Below, piece after piece: positions 10,479-22,064 of a DNA stretch of 64,000 nucleotides (positions within the stretch are counted from its first letter, which is position 1; every line of letters starts with the position of its first letter). The notes under the pieces were generated by a model. The model saw only the letters and a list, made by a program, of their open reading frames with translations. It was not told where the DNA came from and did not search any database. The stretch is taken from positions 1,984,001 to 2,048,000 of the forward strand of contig CAVVHE010000004.1 of assembly GCA_963748015.1 (NCBI GenBank), in the 5' to 3' direction. The translations under genes were made by a program, and so were the position numbers. This DNA is from Terriglobia bacterium. GTDB taxonomy: Bacteria > Acidobacteriota > Polarisedimenticolia > Polarisedimenticolales > JAIQFR01.

Positions 10479-13400
10479 CTAGAACGAGAGACGCATCCCG
10501 AGCTGGTACTGGCGGCCCGGCGTGAACCAGGCGTCGTTCGTCCCGTTCGTCTGCCGGCCGTACCCGAAGCCGGGATTGGGGTTGTAGACCTGGTAGTAGC
10601 GGTCGTTGAGGAGGTTGAAGACCTCGACGGAGACTTGCAGGTTCTGCCCGCTCTTGAAGTTGTGCTCCTTGTCGAACTTCACGTTGAAGCTCAGGGTCGG
10701 CTGGTTCCTCTGGTCGTTGCGGCGGCCCGTCGGGTACTGGGTCCGCGTCCGAGACGAGCCGACGAACGTCTGCCCGTACGCCGGCGCGATGCTGTCGTAC
10801 GACGATCCGACCTGCACGATCGAGTACGGGAGCCCCGACATCCAGTTCGCGGACATCCCGAGTCGGAAGCCCCAGGGGGTGATCGTCGTGGTGTTCACCT
10901 TCACGACGTTTCGTTGGTCGTAGGCGAGGTAGCCCCTCTCGGTGTCCCGCAGCGTCGGGTCGTCCCCCAGGTACGAGTTGAACTCCTCCGCGTTGCCGAT
11001 CGCCCTCGACCAGGTGTACGAGGCTTCCATCTGCCAGTTGCGGTACTGCCGGCGCACCAGCTCGAAGACGATGGCCTCGTAGGTCGCCTCGTTGTCGTTC
11101 CCGACGCGGAAAACCGTGCCCCAGGCCGGGTTGTACACGTAGGAGTCGAGGAAGCCGTCGCTCAGGTGGAGCGAGCCGTCCAGGCTGCCCTCGCAGTCGT
11201 CGAGCTTTCCGTCGGGCGGCTGGAGAAGCCAGCGATCGCGCAGGCTCCGCTGAGTCTGGCACTTCCCGTAGTCGGCGGCGTAGTGATTGCTGTCGATGTC
11301 CTGGAACTGGTCCTTGAAGCGGCGCGAGATGTAGGAGATCCGGCCCGTCGTCTCGGCTCCGATCTCGCGCTCGAGCGTCAGGGTGACCTCGTCCTGGTAC
11401 GGCGTCTTCAGATCGTGATCCACCGCCCGGACGCTGACGGCCGGGTTGATGCCGCTGTTGACGGATACGTCCCGCCAGATCGACTCCCCCACGTAACGTT
11501 CCGCCCCGATGGTCATGGTGAAGCCCGCCGGCTCCACCTCGACGAACGGGACCGCGAGGAAGACGGTGCCGTAGTACCGGCCGGCGGTCAGGGCGATCTT
11601 CGACTTCCCCTTTCCCCCGGGGTCCCACGCCACGGCGAACCGGGGCGAGAGATTGGTGTTCACGATGTCGATGTCGGCCGGGTCGCGCCGGTTCGGCCAC
11701 TGCTGGCTCCCGGCGAGCCCGGGGCTGATCCGCGCCGACAGGAAGTACTCCGGCAGCCCGGTCGCCTCGGCCAGGCCCGAGATCAGGGGCTGGAGATCGC
11801 CGTAGGCGGTGAACGTCTCGGAGGCGGCGAGGTAGGCATTCCCCCCGTTGGCGGCCATGCGGTCGAGGAACTCCACCGACTCGGTCGCGGGGTCGAACGC
11901 CTTCCAGCCGAGCCCCCGCAGCTCCTCGCGGTCCAGGCGCAGCCCGAGGGTCAGGCTCAGGTTCGACAGCGGTTTGACCTGGTCCTCCACGAAGATGCCG
12001 TAGCTCGTATTGGTGGCGCTGGACCGGGTCGTGGGAGGCGACGCGACCTGCACGTCGAGGGTCGCGAGCTCCAGCGCGCGATTGTGGCCGAACTCGTCCA
12101 CGACCGTCGTCCCCGATTTCTCGGCGGAGAACGTCAGCTCGGGGCGCTTCTCGAGGTCCCGGAAATAGCGCTCGTTCTCGACGTTGAAGCCGACCTTGAG
12201 CTGGTGCGCCATGCCGAGGAACTGGCCGGCGAATACCGAGGTCTGGTTCCGGACGGTCAGGCGCTCGCGGTCGTCCTTCGAGGTCCACGGGTAGGAGCCC
12301 GAAACGACGCCGGTCTTGGTATTCGTGCAGCGGACGGTGTCGAGCTTCGGGAGCAGCGGCTCCATGGTCGCGTGACCGGTCCCGGCGTCGATGATCCGGA
12401 CGAAGCCCGTGGTGCAGTCGTTGCGATGCCCCGCGGTGGTGGGGTAGATCTTCTCGTGCCCGAGCTGGTAGGAGATCACGGAATCCGAGAGGACGGAAGG
12501 GGACACGGCGGCCGTCCAGGAGAGCGCGTAGGTCGGCCCGCCGGTCTCGTACTCCTTGGTGGACCCGGCGGTGGTGAGCGTACCGGCCCCCACGTTCGAG
12601 AGCCGGAGCGGGTCCCACCGGACCTCGATTGCCAGCTTGTTGCGCGGCGACGACTGCCACGTGACCTGGTCCGAGTTGATCCGCTGCTCCCGCTTGGCGA
12701 CGATGGCCTGGTCGCGGGACGCGATCGGCTCCTCGCGCGAGATGTACTCGTGGGAGAGCCGGTACCAGATGCGGTCCTTGACGATCGGGCCGGAGAACTG
12801 GATCGCCGGCTGGATCCAGTCGTAGTCGGGCACCGTGACCCCGGGCTTCGTCTGGGCGGAGTTGCCGTCCATGAGGCTGGAGCGCCAGAGGAGGTTCGCG
12901 ACCCCCTCGAAGTCGTTCGACCCCTGCTTCTGGATGATCTGCGCGAACCCGCCCTGCGCCCTGCCGAACTCGACGCCCGCCCCGGCGCCGATGACCGTCA
13001 TCTCCTCGATCGCGTCCGGGTTGACGTAGCCCATCCACCCGCCGGTGAGCGGGTCCTGGTTGTTCACCCCGCCGACCTGGGTCTGGAAGTCCACGGACCT
13101 CGCGCCGTGGACGTTCGGGTTCCCGTCCCCGTCCGCGTCCACGACGCCGGGGGCCAGGCTCAGCATCGACTGGTAGAACCGTCCCTGCGAGGGCAGGTCC
13201 TGCAGGAACTCGCTGTCGAACGTCGTCGCCTTGGAGTTCGTGTCGAGGTCGACGGGCTCCCGCCTCTCGACGACCTTCACGCGCTCCTCGATCTCGGGGA
13301 GGAGGCGGACCGAGAGACGGTTCACGTCCTGGTTCTTCACCCGGATGTCCACGATCCGGACCCGAGCGAAGCCGGGATGGCGCACCTCGACGGCATAACC

Positions 13401-13643
13401 GCCGCCGACGCGCAGGACGGGGAAGGACGCGATCCCCTTGCCGTCGGTCGGGACCGTGGTCGCCGCCACGAAGCCGACCGCGCTCGACAGGGTCACCGAC
13501 GTGCCGGCCACGGGGTTCTTTCCCGAGGCGTCGAAAACCTGGACCTGGATGCCGCCGGACTGGGCCAGCGACGGGGCAGCGGAAAGCCCGAGGAAAGCGG
13601 CGCTCGCGAGGACGAGGGCAAATGCTCGCACTGTAGCCGTCAC
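10479..13643 (-). CDS. TonB-dependent outer-membrane receptor (Oar-like), paralog 2
   Basis: Same architecture as paralog 1 with long near-identical stretches; GTG start before signal peptide 'VRAFALVLASAAFLGLSAAPSLA|QS'; ends LGMRLSF. Confidence 0.9.
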   Translation of the reverse strand: MTATVRAFALVLASAAFLGLSAAPSLAQSGGIQVQVFDASGKNPVAGTSVTLSSAVGFVAATTVPTDGKGIASFPVLRVGGGYAVEVRHPGFARVRIVDIRVKNQDVNRLSVRLLPEIEERVKVVERREPVDLDTNSKATTFDSEFLQDLPSQGRFYQSMLSLAPGVVDADGDGNPNVHGARSVDFQTQVGGVNNQDPLTGGWMGYVNPDAIEEMTVIGAGAGVEFGRAQGGFAQIIQKQGSNDFEGVANLLWRSSLMDGNSAQTKPGVTVPDYDWIQPAIQFSGPIVKDRIWYRLSHEYISREEPIASRDQAIVAKREQRINSDQVTWQSSPRNKLAIEVRWDPLRLSNVGAGTLTTAGSTKEYETGGPTYALSWTAAVSPSVLSDSVISYQLGHEKIYPTTAGHRNDCTTGFVRIIDAGTGHATMEPLLPKLDTVRCTNTKTGVVSGSYPWTSKDDRERLTVRNQTSVFAGQFLGMAHQLKVGFNVENERYFRDLEKRPELTFSAEKSGTTVVDEFGHNRALELATLDVQVASPPTTRSSATNTSYGIFVEDQVKPLSNLSLTLGLRLDREELRGLGWKAFDPATESVEFLDRMAANGGNAYLAASETFTAYGDLQPLISGLAEATGLPEYFLSARISPGLAGSQQWPNRRDPADIDIVNTNLSPRFAVAWDPGGKGKSKIALTAGRYYGTVFLAVPFVEVEPAGFTMTIGAERYVGESIWRDVSVNSGINPAVSVRAVDHDLKTPYQDEVTLTLEREIGAETTGRISYISRRFKDQFQDIDSNHYAADYGKCQTQRSLRDRWLLQPPDGKLDDCEGSLDGSLHLSDGFLDSYVYNPAWGTVFRVGNDNEATYEAIVFELVRRQYRNWQMEASYTWSRAIGNAEEFNSYLGDDPTLRDTERGYLAYDQRNVVKVNTTTITPWGFRLGMSANWMSGLPYSIVQVGSSYDSIAPAYGQTFVGSSRTRTQYPTGRRNDQRNQPTLSFNVKFDKEHNFKSGQNLQVSVEVFNLLNDRYYQVYNPNPGFGYGRQTNGTNDAWFTPGRQYQLGMRLSF

Positions 13644-13984
13644 GCTATCCGGCCCCCGCCCCGAGCCCAGGACGATTCGCCCGAAGTCGGGGAGTATACC
13701 GTTTTCCCGGCGGAAAGCCGTTCTCGACCGAGGTGACCCGCGGACGAAAGAACCGCAGGGGATCGAGAACCGCTGGACGCTCGTGGGGGCCGCGGCGGCC
13801 TTCTGGGTCCGCCGCGGCTCCACGAGCCAGGGAGGAGGGAGTCTGACGCTTCGCAGCCTGCCCGGGGCCGGTCCGCGATCCGTTCCCGGACACATTGATT
13901 GTCCGCCCATCCCCGCGCTCCGACCGCCGCCCAGGGGCCGCTCCTGCGGTATCGCCACCGCGCCGCGACCTTCCCTCGACGGGG

Positions 13985-14027
13985 TTGCGGCGGCGGCGTT
14001 TCGCCGTATACTTTGTAATGTAAAGTA
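13985..14027 (+). promoter_or_regulatory. Sigma70-type promoter (TTGCGG-16-TATACT) overlapped by palindromic operator TACTTT-N7-AAAGTA
   Basis: AT-rich patch in GC-rich DNA; inverted repeat at 14009-14027; SD AAGGAGG at 14047-14053. Confidence 0.6.
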
Positions 14028-14058
14028 CTCTACGCCGCGAATGATCAAGGAGGCCCCC

Positions 14059-15282
14059 GTGACCAGACGCATCGTCGCCATCGCCGCCATATTCGTTCTC
14101 ACGAGCGTCGCCTGGGCGATCCTGGGCGCCACGATCCTGGCGCGAACCTGGAGCTCCGGCCCGGCTCTACGTGGGAAGGTCGCCTCGACCTGGGGCGCGC
14201 CCCACGTGCAGGGCCCCCCCTGCGCCAGCTACCCCGTGAAGGGGACCCGCACGGTGCAGGAGATGGAGGACGGCCGCAAGGTCACCCGCACCGCCGAGGA
14301 GTGGTCGTCCGCCCCCCTTCCCCTCGAGCGCAGCCGGATCGGCGTCGGCCTCGATCTCGCGCACCGGCAGAAGGGGCTCCTCTGGTACGCCACCTACGCG
14401 GTGACCTTCGACGGCGAGTACGCGTTCCGTAATCCGGGGGCGGAGGAGCGGCGCGTGACGTTTCGCTTCCCGCTCCCGACCTCCCAGGCGATCTACGACG
14501 GCCTCTCCATGACGCTCGACGGCAAGCCGCTCGACGCGGAGACGGACAAGGCCGCCGCGACCGCCTCGGCGCGGGTCCCCGCGGGCGCGCCGGCCGTGCT
14601 GCGGGTGACGTACCGCTCGCGGGGACTGGAGTCGTGGAGGTACCGGCTCGGGCCCGACGTCACGCGAGTCCTGGATTTCGACCTCCGCATGAGGACGAAT
14701 TTCGGCGAGGTGGACTTCCCCGAGAACACGCTCTCGCCCACGGCCCGCCGCGGGATCGCCGGAGGCGAGGAGATGGAGTGGCGCTACGCGAGCCTCGTGT
14801 CGGGGTACGAGATCGGCATGTCCATGCCCGAGAGGCTGCAGCCGGGACCGCTCGCCGGCCGGATCAGCTTCTTCGCGCCCGTGTCGCTCCTGTTCTTCTT
14901 CTTCGTGATCCTCGTGCTGACCACGCTGCGCCGGATCGAGCTGCACCCGATGAACTACTTCTTCCTCGCGGCGGCGTTCTTCTCGTTCCACCTGCTGCTC
15001 GCGTACCTCGTGGACCTCGTGCCGCTCCACGCGGCGTTCGCGTCCGCCTCCGCGGTTTCGGTGTTCCTGGTGGTGAGCTATCTCAGGCTCGTGACCGGCC
15101 TGCGGTTCGCGGCGGTCGAGGCGGGGCTGGCGCAGGTCCTCTACCTGGTCCTGTTCTCGTACGCGTTCTTCTTCAGGGGATTCACCGGCCTCGCGATCAC
15201 CGTCGCGGCGATCCTGACCCTGTTCGTTGCGATGCAGACCACCGGCAGGATCCGCTGGGCGGACCGGTTCGCGGGGCGGTGA
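14059..15282 (+). CDS. CreD-like inner-membrane protein
   Basis: N-terminal TM, large periplasmic region, ~6 C-terminal TMs with 'LHPMNYFFLAAAFFSFHLLLAYL' (CreD-like HPxxY motif); GTG 5 nt after SD. Confidence 0.72.
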   Translation: MTRRIVAIAAIFVLTSVAWAILGATILARTWSSGPALRGKVASTWGAPHVQGPPCASYPVKGTRTVQEMEDGRKVTRTAEEWSSAPLPLERSRIGVGLDLAHRQKGLLWYATYAVTFDGEYAFRNPGAEERRVTFRFPLPTSQAIYDGLSMTLDGKPLDAETDKAAATASARVPAGAPAVLRVTYRSRGLESWRYRLGPDVTRVLDFDLRMRTNFGEVDFPENTLSPTARRGIAGGEEMEWRYASLVSGYEIGMSMPERLQPGPLAGRISFFAPVSLLFFFFVILVLTTLRRIELHPMNYFFLAAAFFSFHLLLAYLVDLVPLHAAFASASAVSVFLVVSYLRLVTGLRFAAVEAGLAQVLYLVLFSYAFFFRGFTGLAITVAAILTLFVAMQTTGRIRWADRFAGR

Positions 15283-15300
15283 GGCGCCGGGCCCGGCGGC

Positions 15301-16803
<1,503 letters not shown>

Positions 16804-16909
16804 GCTCGCTTCCTCCCGGGAGGGCTATGTTCTCGAGCGCCTCGTGCGGCGCGCAACCCCGGACATTATGACATTTTTGGGCCGAAATCGCCGGGGCGTG
16901 CCCTCACCG

Positions 16910-18142
16910 CTATTCGTATCGCAAGGCTTCGATGGGGTCGAGGTTGGCCGCGCGGACGGCGGGGTAGATGCCGGACACCAGGCCGACGGCGATCGAGACG
17001 CCGGTGGAGAGGAAGATCGAGCCGAGGGTGACGACCGTGGGCCAGCCCGCGGAGACGGCGACGATCTTGGCGATCGCTATGCCGAGGACGACGCCGGCCA
17101 GTCCTCCGAGCAGGCTGATCGAGAACGACTCGACGATGAACTGGGAGCGGATGTCGCCGCGCCGCGCCCCCACGGCCCTCCGGACGCCGATCTCCCGCGT
17201 CCGCTCGAGGACGGTGGCGAGCATGATGTTCATGATCCCGATGCCGCCGACGAGGAGCGAGATGCCGGCGATGCACCCCATCACGATGTTGAAGAGGCGC
17301 TGCGTCCGCCGGCTCTGCTCGAGGAGCGCCTCCGGCACCACGAGCTCGAAGTCCGAGGCGCCGCCGTGGAGCCGGTCGAGCAGCGAGCGGACCAGCGACG
17401 AGCTGCGGCTCGGCGACGCCGCCGGGTCGAGGCGGACGACGATCTCGTCGAGCGGCGACTTGATCGGGTCCCGGTCGAACTTCCGGATCGCGGAGGTGAC
17501 CGGAACGTAGATCTCGGTCGCCGTCGAGCCCACGGCGACCCCCTGGAACGACGACGCGCCGCCGGCTTCCTCGAGGACGCCGACCACCTCGAACCAGACG
17601 TCGTTGATCTTGACGTCGCGGCCGATCGCCGGCCCGTAGCCGAAGAGGTCCCGGCGGACCGCCGAGCCGATCACGCACGCCTGCGCGTGCTCCTTCTCGT
17701 CGTCGGCGTCGAGAAAGCGCCCCTCCGCGACGGCGAGGCGCGCCAACTCGGCCTGCCGGTACGACACCCCGTACACCTTGGCTTTCGCCTTGCCGCCCGT
17801 CGCGAGGATCTTGTACGGCTCGATCTCGACGCGGGGCGCGACGATCTCGGCGCCGGGGACCGCCTCGAGGATCGCCTGGGCGTCGCGGGAGGAGAGGCCG
17901 GGAGACTTCTTGCGGACCTCGTTCGCCTCCTCCTGCTTCAGCTCCTTCGCGCGCACGAGGATGTTGCGGAGCCCCAAGCGGTCGATCATGTCCATCGCCT
18001 GCCGCTCGGCGCCGGCGCCGATGGAGAGCATCGCGATCACCGCGGCGACGCCGAAGATCATCCCGAGCATGGTGAGGGACGAGCGCAGCTTGTGCGCCTT
18101 CAGGTTGTCCGACGCGGTCCGGAACGCCTCGCCGGGGGTCAC
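16910..18142 (-). CDS. MacB/FtsX-like ABC transporter permease
   Basis: 'HKLRSSLTMLGMIFGVAAVIAM', 'GGIGIMNIMLATVLERTREIGVRRAVGA', 'DPIEALRYE'. Confidence 0.92.
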   Translation of the reverse strand: MTPGEAFRTASDNLKAHKLRSSLTMLGMIFGVAAVIAMLSIGAGAERQAMDMIDRLGLRNILVRAKELKQEEANEVRKKSPGLSSRDAQAILEAVPGAEIVAPRVEIEPYKILATGGKAKAKVYGVSYRQAELARLAVAEGRFLDADDEKEHAQACVIGSAVRRDLFGYGPAIGRDVKINDVWFEVVGVLEEAGGASSFQGVAVGSTATEIYVPVTSAIRKFDRDPIKSPLDEIVVRLDPAASPSRSSSLVRSLLDRLHGGASDFELVVPEALLEQSRRTQRLFNIVMGCIAGISLLVGGIGIMNIMLATVLERTREIGVRRAVGARRGDIRSQFIVESFSISLLGGLAGVVLGIAIAKIVAVSAGWPTVVTLGSIFLSTGVSIAVGLVSGIYPAVRAANLDPIEALRYE

Positions 18143-19428
18143 CGCATGCCTCCGACGCCCGGCCCCGCGGGCCCGCCCGTCCCGCGCTCCGAGGGCTTCG
18201 GCGCGCCCTCCCCGGCGGGGCGCGTCGGGTCGCGAAGCGCCACGACGTCCCCGGCGGACAGCCCCTTCTCGATCACGACGCGGCCGAGCGCCGCGGGGCC
18301 GAGCTCGACCTTCACCGGCTCGAACCCGAAGCCCCGTCTCCGGTAGACGACCTTGCCGCCGTCCTTCTCGACCACCGCCTCGCGAGGGATCGAGATCGCG
18401 TCCTTCCTCGCGTCGAGCGTCAGCCTGGCCCGGACCCTCTGCCCCGGCTTCATGATCTCGGGCTCCGTGCGCTGGAACTCGAGCGTGACGCCGAAGTACT
18501 GCACCGGCACCCAGTTCACCCGGGGCTTCGCGAGCGCGTCCACCTTGCGGACCTTGGCGGCGAAGGTGCGGTCCGGCCGGGACTCCAGGGTCACCTCGGC
18601 GGGCAGGCCGGGGGCTAAGCCGCCCGCGTCCGCCTCGAGGACGAACACCTCCGCTTCCATCGCGTCGAGCCCGGGTATCTCGGCGAGGGGCTGGCCCTTC
18701 CACACCGTGTCGCCGACCTTCGGGACGCCGCGCCACTCGCGCTGCAGCACGACGATGCCGTCGTGCGGAGCGCGGACCTCGAGCGCCGCGAGTCCCTTCC
18801 TCGCCTGCTCGATCTTGAGGTCGGCCTTGTGCCGCTCGATCGCGAGGAGATCGAGGTCGATCGTCGTGAGAGAGTCGCGGATCCCCCGCACCGCCTCGGC
18901 GTTGTCCTTTCGGCGGGTGGCGAGCGACTCGTCGAGCTGCGACTCGATGATCTGCATCCGGGAGAAGATGTCGGGGTCCTTGCTCTGGAACTCCCGGGCG
19001 TACTTCAGCTCGAGCCCGGCCATGCCGGCGTCGCGATCGAGATTGCGAAGGGTCCCCTCCCCTTCCGCCCGCCGGCCCGAGATCCGGTTCTCCGCGGTCT
19101 GCCGCTCGGCCTGGCCGTCCGAGAGGTTCTTCTCGGCGTCCGTGGGATCGAAGCGGATCACGACGTCGCCGCTCGCGACGCGGCTCCCGTCCGGCGCGAG
19201 CCACGCGATCTTCATCGCGCCCGGGGCCTCCATCGGCGCCGTGAGCACGGTCGCCTTGACCGCCTTGAGATTTCCCTCGGCCTCGATGTGCCTCCCGAAG
19301 TCGCCTCGCTCCGCCCTCGCCGCCGGCACGTCTTCCCTGCCGAGGCCGCGGAAATACGGGATCCCCGCGAGCGCCGCGAGCGAGAGGACGGCGGCGCCCA
19401 CCGACCCGACGACCCCCCGGCGGCTCAC
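18139..19428 (-). CDS. Membrane-fusion (HlyD/MacA-like periplasmic adaptor) protein 3
   Basis: N-terminal anchor, 'PDGSRVASGDVVIRFD' lipoyl half-motif, coiled coil, 'VRAPHDG', 'MKPGQ'; GTGA overlaps. Confidence 0.88.
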   Translation of the reverse strand: MSRRGVVGSVGAAVLSLAALAGIPYFRGLGREDVPAARAERGDFGRHIEAEGNLKAVKATVLTAPMEAPGAMKIAWLAPDGSRVASGDVVIRFDPTDAEKNLSDGQAERQTAENRISGRRAEGEGTLRNLDRDAGMAGLELKYAREFQSKDPDIFSRMQIIESQLDESLATRRKDNAEAVRGIRDSLTTIDLDLLAIERHKADLKIEQARKGLAALEVRAPHDGIVVLQREWRGVPKVGDTVWKGQPLAEIPGLDAMEAEVFVLEADAGGLAPGLPAEVTLESRPDRTFAAKVRKVDALAKPRVNWVPVQYFGVTLEFQRTEPEIMKPGQRVRARLTLDARKDAISIPREAVVEKDGGKVVYRRRGFGFEPVKVELGPAALGRVVIEKGLSAGDVVALRDPTRPAGEGAPKPSERGTGGPAGPGVGGMR

Positions 19429-20666
19429 GCGGCCCTCTTCGCGCCGAGGTCGCGCCTGGCGACCTGGTCCCCCTCGGAGAGCCCGCCGAGCACCTCGACC
19501 TCGTGATCGTTCCGCCGCCCGAGGCGGAGCGGCACGGCCCCGAAGCCGAAAGCGGTCTTGCGCCAGGCCACCGGCCCGTCCCGCGTCGGGAAGACGGCCT
19601 CGAGGGGAATCACGAGGCAGCGCGGGACGCGCTCCGTCTCCGCCGTCCCTCGAAAGCGCATTCCGGGGCGCATTCTCACCGTATCCGTCCGGTCGAGCAG
19701 GATGTCGAGACGGACCACCTTCAACGGGTTCTGGAACGACTTCCTCTGGACGGTCTTCCAGATGGACGAGATGCGTCCGGTGAACTCCACGTCGGGGTGG
19801 GCGTCGAGCCGGAACGTCACCTCCTGCCCCGTCGCGATCTTCCCCCCGTCCACCTCGTCCACTTCCCCTTTCGCGATCATGCTCTTGAGGTCCGGGATCT
19901 CGACGACCTTGTCGCCGCGCCAGCAACTGTCGCCGACCTTCTTCTTCTCCTCGCGCCAGTCCGTCACGTAGATCACCGTGCCGTTCCGGGGCGCCTTCAC
20001 GTCCATCCGCTCGATGGCGTCGCGGATCTCCGCCACGCGCTGCTCGGCGCGCTCCTGCTGGTTGCGAAGCGACCGCAGCTCCGCTTCGTCGGCCTTCGCC
20101 GCCGACTCCATGCGCGTCTTCAGGTACGCGAGCTCGTCCCGGGCGAGGCCGAGATCGAGCCTCGCCTGCTTGAGCTCGCTCGCCGCGGCCAGCTCCTCCG
20201 GCCGGTCCACCACCAGCGCCGCCTTGCGCTCGCGGGCCTCCGCCTCCGCGAGGCGGAGCGCGTCCTCGCGCCGGCGGAGCGTGATGTCCACCTGCTTCTT
20301 CTCGAGCTGCTTCCGCGCCGAGGCCGCCTCGGCGAGCTTCTGGTCGAGCTTGCGGACCAGGTCGCTCCCGTCGAAGCCGACGACCGGCTGTCCCTTCGCC
20401 ACCTCGGCCCCCTCGGGGGCGAGCATCGAGATCTTGTAGTTCCAGATCTCGCGAACCAGCGGGGGGCCGATCTGGCTCGAGTCGGTGGACTTCAGCGTCC
20501 CGGTCACCTCGACGCCGAGCACCAGATCGTCGCGCGTCACCCGCACCCAATCCGGGTCCTCGGACGGAGCCCGGCCGAGCAGCGCCCACCAGCCGGCCGC
20601 GAGGACGATCAGCGCGGCCGCCGCGAGGCGGATCCAGCGCGGCACGCCCGCCAGCCGGGCCTTCAT
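19425..20666 (-). CDS. Membrane-fusion protein 2
   Basis: TM anchor, 'PEGAEVAKGQPVVGFD', 'VKAPRNG', 'MRPGMRF'; ATGA overlap with upstream gene. Confidence 0.88.
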   Translation of the reverse strand: MKARLAGVPRWIRLAAAALIVLAAGWWALLGRAPSEDPDWVRVTRDDLVLGVEVTGTLKSTDSSQIGPPLVREIWNYKISMLAPEGAEVAKGQPVVGFDGSDLVRKLDQKLAEAASARKQLEKKQVDITLRRREDALRLAEAEARERKAALVVDRPEELAAASELKQARLDLGLARDELAYLKTRMESAAKADEAELRSLRNQQERAEQRVAEIRDAIERMDVKAPRNGTVIYVTDWREEKKKVGDSCWRGDKVVEIPDLKSMIAKGEVDEVDGGKIATGQEVTFRLDAHPDVEFTGRISSIWKTVQRKSFQNPLKVVRLDILLDRTDTVRMRPGMRFRGTAETERVPRCLVIPLEAVFPTRDGPVAWRKTAFGFGAVPLRLGRRNDHEVEVLGGLSEGDQVARRDLGAKRAA

Positions 20667-21877
20667 CCTCTCGCCCTCAGACGGGTTCCTTCCGCGACCC
20701 CGCTCTCGATCACGCACTCGAGGGCGTTGCACGGCCCGAGCTTCACGTCGGACGCTCCACCGTCCGCGAGGAGCGCCCTCGCGGGGGACGAGGACAGGTC
20801 GAGCGCCTCGCGCGGCGCCAGGAGCGCGCGGTCGAGCCGGCCCGACTCGACCTCGACCTTCACCGACATCCCCGGCCGCATCTTCTCCGGGTCGGTCCTG
20901 TCGAGGGCGATCAGGACGCGGAACCCGCGGCGGAGCGACTGCCGCACCGGCTCCTGCGCCACCGGGGTGATCTCGGAGACCCTTCCGGGAAACGTGACCT
21001 CGGGGTAGGTGTCGAGTGTCGAGACCGCCGGCATTCCCGCCGCGATGCGCCCGTCGTCCACGTCCGAGAGCTGCGCCTCGACGCGCATCGCGCCGAGGTC
21101 CGGGATCCGCATCACGGTCCAGCCGACCGCCGCGGTGTCCCCCACCTGGAACTTCCGGTCCTCGTTGGGATGGTCCGCCACGATCAGGATCCCCGCCCGC
21201 GGCGCGCGAAGGGTCAGGGCGTCGATGGCGATCTCCGCGATCGCGATCTCGCGCCGCGCCTTCTCCACCGCGATCCGGCGGTTCTCGAGGTCCGCCTTCG
21301 TGGTTTCGCCGGCGGAGCGGAGGTCCTCGCGCGCCTTCTCGAGCTCCACCTCGGCTCGCTGGAGCGCGAGCTGCCGATCCTGGTACTTCCGGCGGTCGAG
21401 CAGCTCGACGGGGACCGCCCCGTCGATCTGCGCCTTTTCGAGCGCGACCTGCTTCTGCTCCGCGGTGAATTCGCGGTCCTTGATCTGACCGCGGGCGTCG
21501 GCCTCGGCCCGGGCAAGGTCGCTTTCGGCCTGGGACAGGGAAAGCCGCCGCTCCTCGAGGTCGCTCGCGAACGCGGTGTTGTCGAACTCGAGGATCTTCT
21601 GGCCGGCGGCGACCGTGGCGCCGTCCGCCTCCATCCAGCGGATCGGGATCATCCAGACCGGCGTCCGCGGCACCACGATCTCGTCCGCGCGAACCGCCTG
21701 CAGCTCGCCGGTGAGGAGGAACCGGCCTCGGAACTCGCCGCTCCGGACCGCGAGGTCGCGCGCGGGCGGGACCCGGCCGCCGGACCCCGCGGATGCCGGC
21801 GCGCCGCCGCACCCCCACGACGCGATCGCGGCCGCGGCCACCAGCCCCGCTGTCAGCACTCTGAAGACGGTTCGCAT
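20663..21877 (-). CDS. Membrane-fusion protein 1 (probable lipoprotein)
   Basis: Signal ending in lipobox-like 'ASWG|C'; 'ADGATVAAGQKILEFD', 'LRAPRAG', 'MRPGMSV'. Confidence 0.85.
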   Translation of the reverse strand: MRTVFRVLTAGLVAAAAIASWGCGGAPASAGSGGRVPPARDLAVRSGEFRGRFLLTGELQAVRADEIVVPRTPVWMIPIRWMEADGATVAAGQKILEFDNTAFASDLEERRLSLSQAESDLARAEADARGQIKDREFTAEQKQVALEKAQIDGAVPVELLDRRKYQDRQLALQRAEVELEKAREDLRSAGETTKADLENRRIAVEKARREIAIAEIAIDALTLRAPRAGILIVADHPNEDRKFQVGDTAAVGWTVMRIPDLGAMRVEAQLSDVDDGRIAAGMPAVSTLDTYPEVTFPGRVSEITPVAQEPVRQSLRRGFRVLIALDRTDPEKMRPGMSVKVEVESGRLDRALLAPREALDLSSSPARALLADGGASDVKLGPCNALECVIESGVAEGTRLRARG

Positions 21878-22064
21878 GCGATTGGACGAACGAAGAAGCG
21901 TCCGGTGAGTCAGTATCCCCTGCCCCCGACGGGCCGTCAAATCCGCGGCACGCTCCGCCCGCCGGCGCGCCCGGGGGCGACTTCGAGAGAACCGCTCGGG
22001 CGACCGGCGCGTACCATTAGTGACGGCCGGGGCGCCCATCCGCCCCGGCGCCGTGGAGTGGCCC

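Noticed and set aside
7089..13643. DGR template/variable repeat pair
   Set aside because: No reverse transcriptase; both copies are full-length genes and differences are not adenine-specific.
7012..13736. Very long alternative-frame and antisense ORFs (e.g. 2008 aa, 1107 aa) here and across the window
   Set aside because: Arg/Gly/Pro-rich shadow frames of GC-rich genes with no recognisable motifs.
16804..16909. SAH riboswitch upstream of ahcY
   Set aside because: Only a 'GGCGCTC' fragment is present; the GAGGAGCG and CCAGGCTC elements are not seen. A TG-n-CATAAT promoter candidate is present instead.
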